From assembly GCA_035250975.1 (NCBI GenBank), contig DATFEP010000070.1, positions 1-10,415 on the forward strand: DNA of 10,415 bases. The letters run 5' to 3'. The notes beneath the pieces were generated by a model. It searched no databases. It had not been told where the DNA came from and saw nothing but the letters and a program-made list of their open reading frames with translations. The DNA is from Nitrososphaeraceae archaeon. GTDB lineage: Archaea > Thermoproteota > Nitrososphaeria > Nitrososphaerales > Nitrososphaeraceae. Below, piece after piece: positions 6,872-10,415 of the stretch (the stretch's first letter is position 1; the number at the start of each line of letters is the position of its first letter). A program made the position numbers and the translations under genes.

Positions 6872-7504
6872 TTAGATACATGCAATAGAAATTTCGTGAT
6901 TTTTCACAATTGATTTTTTAGTAGATAGAAAAGGATGTACAAGTATATCAACAGAAAGATCATTCTCATTAAACATATCTACATAAAATACTACGTCGCT
7001 CTTTTCTTGTAAAAATCTTCTGTTTGCAGGCAATCTAACCCAGCTTTCTTTCTTTTTGTATCTCATCATGCTTGTAACAAGAATAGGAATTTTTATAGAT
7101 TTACAATGTTTCAAAAGTAGCATTAGAAAGTTTGATAGGATATGTTGAACATTAGAAATTCCCTTAAAATAATTCCAATCAATTTTTTTATAATACAAGT
7201 TATAAAAGCTATTTAATGAATCAATAATAATTAATGAGGATGTTGTACTATTAGAAATTATTCGATCTAATAGAGATTCCAATTCTCCTTCGTCTGGGGT
7301 AACCAGTAAGATTGTTTTTGGTGAATAATTTAGGATGAAGCCCGAATTGGCATAGGCAGTAAAAGTTGTATCAAGATCTAGGTAAATTGTTTTTTTGAAG
7401 AAGGAGGTCATCATGGATGTAAAACAAAGTTTTGGGTATGGATTATAGAATAATAGAGTATTTAATCCATTATCAGTCAAGAAATTATCAAAAATATTGT
7501 CCAA
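6872..7504 (-). CDS. RecA/RadA-fold protein lacking a canonical Walker A (putative inactive ATPase paralog), 210 aa
   Basis: KTIYLDLD, Walker B-like LIIIDSLNSFY, IPILVTS and SDVVFYV occur in RecA/KaiC core strand order, but the P-loop position reads FYNPYPKLCF instead of GxxxxGKT. Confidence 0.7.
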   Translation of the reverse strand: MDNIFDNFLTDNGLNTLLFYNPYPKLCFTSMMTSFFKKTIYLDLDTTFTAYANSGFILNYSPKTILLVTPDEGELESLLDRIISNSTTSSLIIIDSLNSFYNLYYKKIDWNYFKGISNVQHILSNFLMLLLKHCKSIKIPILVTSMMRYKKKESWVRLPANRRFLQEKSDVVFYVDMFNENDLSVDILVHPFLSTKKSIVKNHEISIACI

Positions 7505-7614
7505 CTACTAATTAAAATAATTAATAATATAAAATGATAATGTCAACGCGAAAATTGGAAAAACAATAAAATTTAAAAAGATAGTGAATAATTGACTTTT
7601 GATTTATGTCCTTT

Positions 7615-7869
7615 TTAATTTATATCTTTTTCTCCTTGTCCCTCTATTACCATCATGGTTAAGGTGGATCTAACTTTATCTATCCTTCTTACATTCCATG
7701 TAACTACCTCACGTAGTTTATCCATTGAATCAGAGCGGATTCTTACTATTATGTCATAAACTCCAAATACTCCACTGACCTCTACAACTTCCGGCAATTT
7801 TTTTAGTTCTTTGATAATATCTGCTTCAGATCCTAAATCACAATTTATTAAAACATATGCTGTTGGCAT
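7615..7869 (-). CDS. Stand-alone Lrp/AsnC ligand-binding (RAM) domain protein
   Basis: MPTAYVLINCDLG...LPEVVEVSGVFGVYDIIVRI...RRIDKVRSTLTM is the RAM-domain signature; no N-terminal HTH. Confidence 0.93.
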   Translation of the reverse strand: MPTAYVLINCDLGSEADIIKELKKLPEVVEVSGVFGVYDIIVRIRSDSMDKLREVVTWNVRRIDKVRSTLTMMVIEGQGEKDIN

Positions 7870-7993
7870 TACAAAATATTATTATATTCATCTATTAATC
7901 CTTTTAGTCTTTAAATTCAAGAAATGTAGAATGAGTACTCCTATAAGAAATATTTTTTGAAAATTAATAATTTTGATGATAATATATTTTTAC

Positions 7994-9028
7994 TGCTCTG
8001 TTGTACAACTCATCTAGATAATCATCACTTTCTATCAATAATCAGTAATCATGTAACACTTATACTTCTAATAAACAAGTTATGCCATGATACTTTCAGT
8101 ATTACCTCCTTTAGGTATTCTCAAATCGAATAGCGGAAACATATTGTCCAAACATTCTTTTGATACAAAAGAAGACAGTTTCTTCTGTCATCCATCTCTG
8201 ACAATATAAAACCATTCTTTCCAGCATTGCTGTAAGTTATTTTTCTGTACTTTTTATAACCTTGTTTATGACGGGATGATTAGTAATTTTACATTTGCAA
8301 TTCTCTCTTACCTTTATTATTGCCGGTGGTATCTCTTTAAATAATAGAAATTGAAAATTCTTGTTATTGTCATAGGAGCCATCCATAATAATAGTATCTA
8401 TTATTATCTTGTTATTCTTTATCTTAATATCATTTATCAGCTCTGGCAATACTTTTTCTATCATGTACTTGTTTACTAGTTACTTTTAATTATAAGACTC
8501 TATTTCTCTTGATATCAACTGCTACATGTATCCCTAGATATCCTCTCTTCACAGTCCATTTGACGTATTCATTCTCTTTGGTTAGATATCTTTGCATCAG
8601 TACAATCAATAGCTATTACAAAATAACCATCATGTAGATAGATTTGTCCTTGCTTATTTTTTGATATCCAGCCTGTATCTTCTTCCGCTAATGTTACTAT
8701 GATCTGGAATTGATGGAACTGAATTGTATTTGGTAAAATGACCTAGTACTAAACCTTCTAGTCTTCTTATATGGTAGGTAAGTGAATATATGTATGTTCT
8801 CTGTACTCTCTGTACTACAATAATTTCATAAATGAATCTGATGTACGAAACTTCTAGCTTCTTCTTTACCCTAATTCATCTTTCCAATTCATATTCTAAT
8901 TATCAATAACATCAAATTCAAGTAATATTTCTCCTGTCTTTACGAGAGAATCTTTATTTCAAATTAATCATGTATTATGACCATAATAGTTCTACTAATT
9001 GTGTTGGAATAGTGAGATGTACAACACA
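7994..9028 (-). mobile_element. Decayed IS5-family insertion sequence (IS903-like group), about 1.03 kb
   Basis: Terminal inverted repeats TGTTGTACAACTCA (7999-8012) and TGAGATGTACAACA (9013-9026) match at 13/14. The left end TGCTCTGTTG resembles the IS903 end GGCTTTGTTG. The repeats enclose transposase remnants. Confidence 0.85.
8049..8971 (-). pseudogene. IS5-family DDE transposase pseudogene with multiple stops and frameshifts
   Basis: Fragments in changing frames: DSLVKTGEILLEFDVIDN*, LPYRRLEG...VPSIPDHSNIS, VIAIDCT (first D), RGYLGIHVAVDIK, IIMDGSYDNNKNF (second D; track ORF 8237-8464), RWMTEETVFFCIKRMFGQY (E region). Confidence 0.9.
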
Positions 9029-9082
9029 TATTTTCATATTTAGGGTAAAATTATTATTTTATTGATAGCAAAAATTTGATTA

Positions 9083-10138
9083 ATGTTAAAGATTGATGGT
9101 TCATTTGGAGAAGGAGGAGGACAAATACTTCGTTCTACTATATGCCTTTCTGTACTTATGGAAAAACCTGTAGAGATATTCAATATACGATCCAAAAGAC
9201 CAAATCCCGGTTTGAGACCTCAACATGTTCATGCGGTCAAAGCTTTGAGTACAATTTTCAATGCTACTGTGAAAAACCTATGTGTGGGAAACCAAAGTAT
9301 AAAATTTTACCCCAATAGTTTGCACATGGATAAAGGAATTACTGAATTAGAAATTGATATTGGTACGGCTGGAAGCATTTCCTTGATACTACAGACAATA
9401 GTTCCAGCAATATCATTATCTAAAAAAAATATTAGTATCAAAATTATTGGAGGAACAGATGTAATTGCAAGTCCTACAATTGATTATATGAAGTATGTTG
9501 TCTCTGAAGTATATAAAAATATTGGAATAATTTTTAAAATAGATGTTATAAGAAGAGGATATTATCCCAAAGGAGGCGGAATCGTTCAAACTAAAATACT
9601 ACCTTGTAAGAACTTAGGTCTGATCGATTTAATTAGCTGTCAAAGAAGTGAACCTATAGTTATAGGTGTTTGTTCTAGACTTCCTAGACATGTTTTGGAT
9701 CGTCAAATTTCTACTGTACTATTACATCTAGAAAAAAATGGTATAAGATGTAATAACTATATAGCATCGGTTGAAAATGCTATTTCTCCAGGATCGTCAA
9801 TATTAGTTTATACAAAATCTGATTTTGGTCAATTTATAGGTGGAGATGCGGTTGGACAAAAAAATAAAAGTGCTGAGGATGTTGGAAAAGAAGCAGTAAC
9901 TAAATTTCTGGAAAATTATATTAAAAATGTGTCTGTAGATCATAACTTGGCAGATATGTTAGTTATACCCGCTAGCTTGGCTAGAGGAAATTCTAAGTTT
10001 GTTATTGGGAAAGTCACAGAACATTTAAAAACAAATCTATACATAGTTAGTAAGATGGTTGGATGTAAATATAGTATTATACCCATTCAAGAAAAATTTT
10101 TAGTGAATATTGAAGGTAAATCAGACGTTAACATTTAA
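9083..10138 (+). CDS. rtcA: RNA 3'-terminal phosphate cyclase
   Basis: IDGSFGEGGGQILRS, IRSKRPNPGLRPQH, GTAGSISLILQ, GGTDV, RRGYYPKGGG, VDHNLADML and the adenylylated-His motif VTEHLKTN. Confidence 0.97.
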   Translation: MLKIDGSFGEGGGQILRSTICLSVLMEKPVEIFNIRSKRPNPGLRPQHVHAVKALSTIFNATVKNLCVGNQSIKFYPNSLHMDKGITELEIDIGTAGSISLILQTIVPAISLSKKNISIKIIGGTDVIASPTIDYMKYVVSEVYKNIGIIFKIDVIRRGYYPKGGGIVQTKILPCKNLGLIDLISCQRSEPIVIGVCSRLPRHVLDRQISTVLLHLEKNGIRCNNYIASVENAISPGSSILVYTKSDFGQFIGGDAVGQKNKSAEDVGKEAVTKFLENYIKNVSVDHNLADMLVIPASLARGNSKFVIGKVTEHLKTNLYIVSKMVGCKYSIIPIQEKFLVNIEGKSDVNI

Positions 10139-10415
10139 AAAATTTTTAATTTCAATAAATTATTAACAATGTTAGAATAAGAAAACAAACTAATATTGTC
10201 AATAGTATTATATTTTTGAATTGGAAAACAGTCAGAAAATCAATAGATGTATTATATGTGGATGTACTGAACATAAATTTATTGGTTGTATTAGCCATCT
10301 GAAAAACCATGAGAAAAATCAGATGGGAAGATGTGTTGAAAAACAGCGACAATAATTCATGTTTTTAAAATAGTTTTTTAAAGATTTGATGTTTTAAAAA
10401 AATAATATAAAACCT

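Noticed and set aside
8237-8464. 75-aa minus-strand ORF as an independent gene
   Set aside because: It is the second-Asp fragment (MDGSYD) of the broken IS5 transposase.
4830-10138. Possible tRNA-repair or defence module linking rtcA, the tRNA and the element
   Set aside because: rtcA is a widespread archaeal gene, lies on the host side more than 4 kb from the att site, and no rtcB, toxin or nuclease gene is visible.
10152-10352. 66-aa minus-strand ORF with hydrophobic C-terminus
   Set aside because: TTG start, T-rich low-complexity composition and no motif; cannot be told apart from a chance ORF without a homology search.
1-10415. CRISPR array, second att copy, capsid or conjugation genes
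   Set aside because: No regularly spaced 24-40 bp repeats, no duplicate of the tRNA 3' end and no recognisable virion or conjugation proteins in the window, so the element class (plasmid, provirus or cryptic) stays open.

Overview
AT-rich archaeal DNA. The gene families (stand-alone Lrp/AsnC RAM domain, COG3432-type wHTH, archaeal RtcA, TTG starts, N/D-rich linkers) suggest an ammonia-oxidising Nitrososphaerota genome, probably Nitrososphaeraceae; this is inference. The left half (1 to ~4860) is one end of a mobile element integrated at a tRNA-Ser(GCT) gene (4830-4913, minus strand). It carries a tyrosine integrase with a C-terminal Zn ribbon, whose reading frame stays open back into the tRNA 3' half. 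It also carries two genes missing from the supplied ORF track: a 59-aa C4 Zn-finger protein (2656-2835) and a >=878-aa P-loop AAA+/wHTH replication-type ATPase (2635 to <1, running off the window). The 3' part of that ATPase gene holds two convergent triplets of 9-bp GGTGAAnnn repeats (141-167 and 321-347) that look like an intragenic iteron origin. The right half is host chromosome: a hypothetical gene, a wHTH regulator, a putative exported protein, a RecA-fold protein lacking Walker A, a stand-alone RAM-domain protein, a decayed IS5-family (IS903-like) element and rtcA. All calls come from manual reading and translation; no database searches were run.
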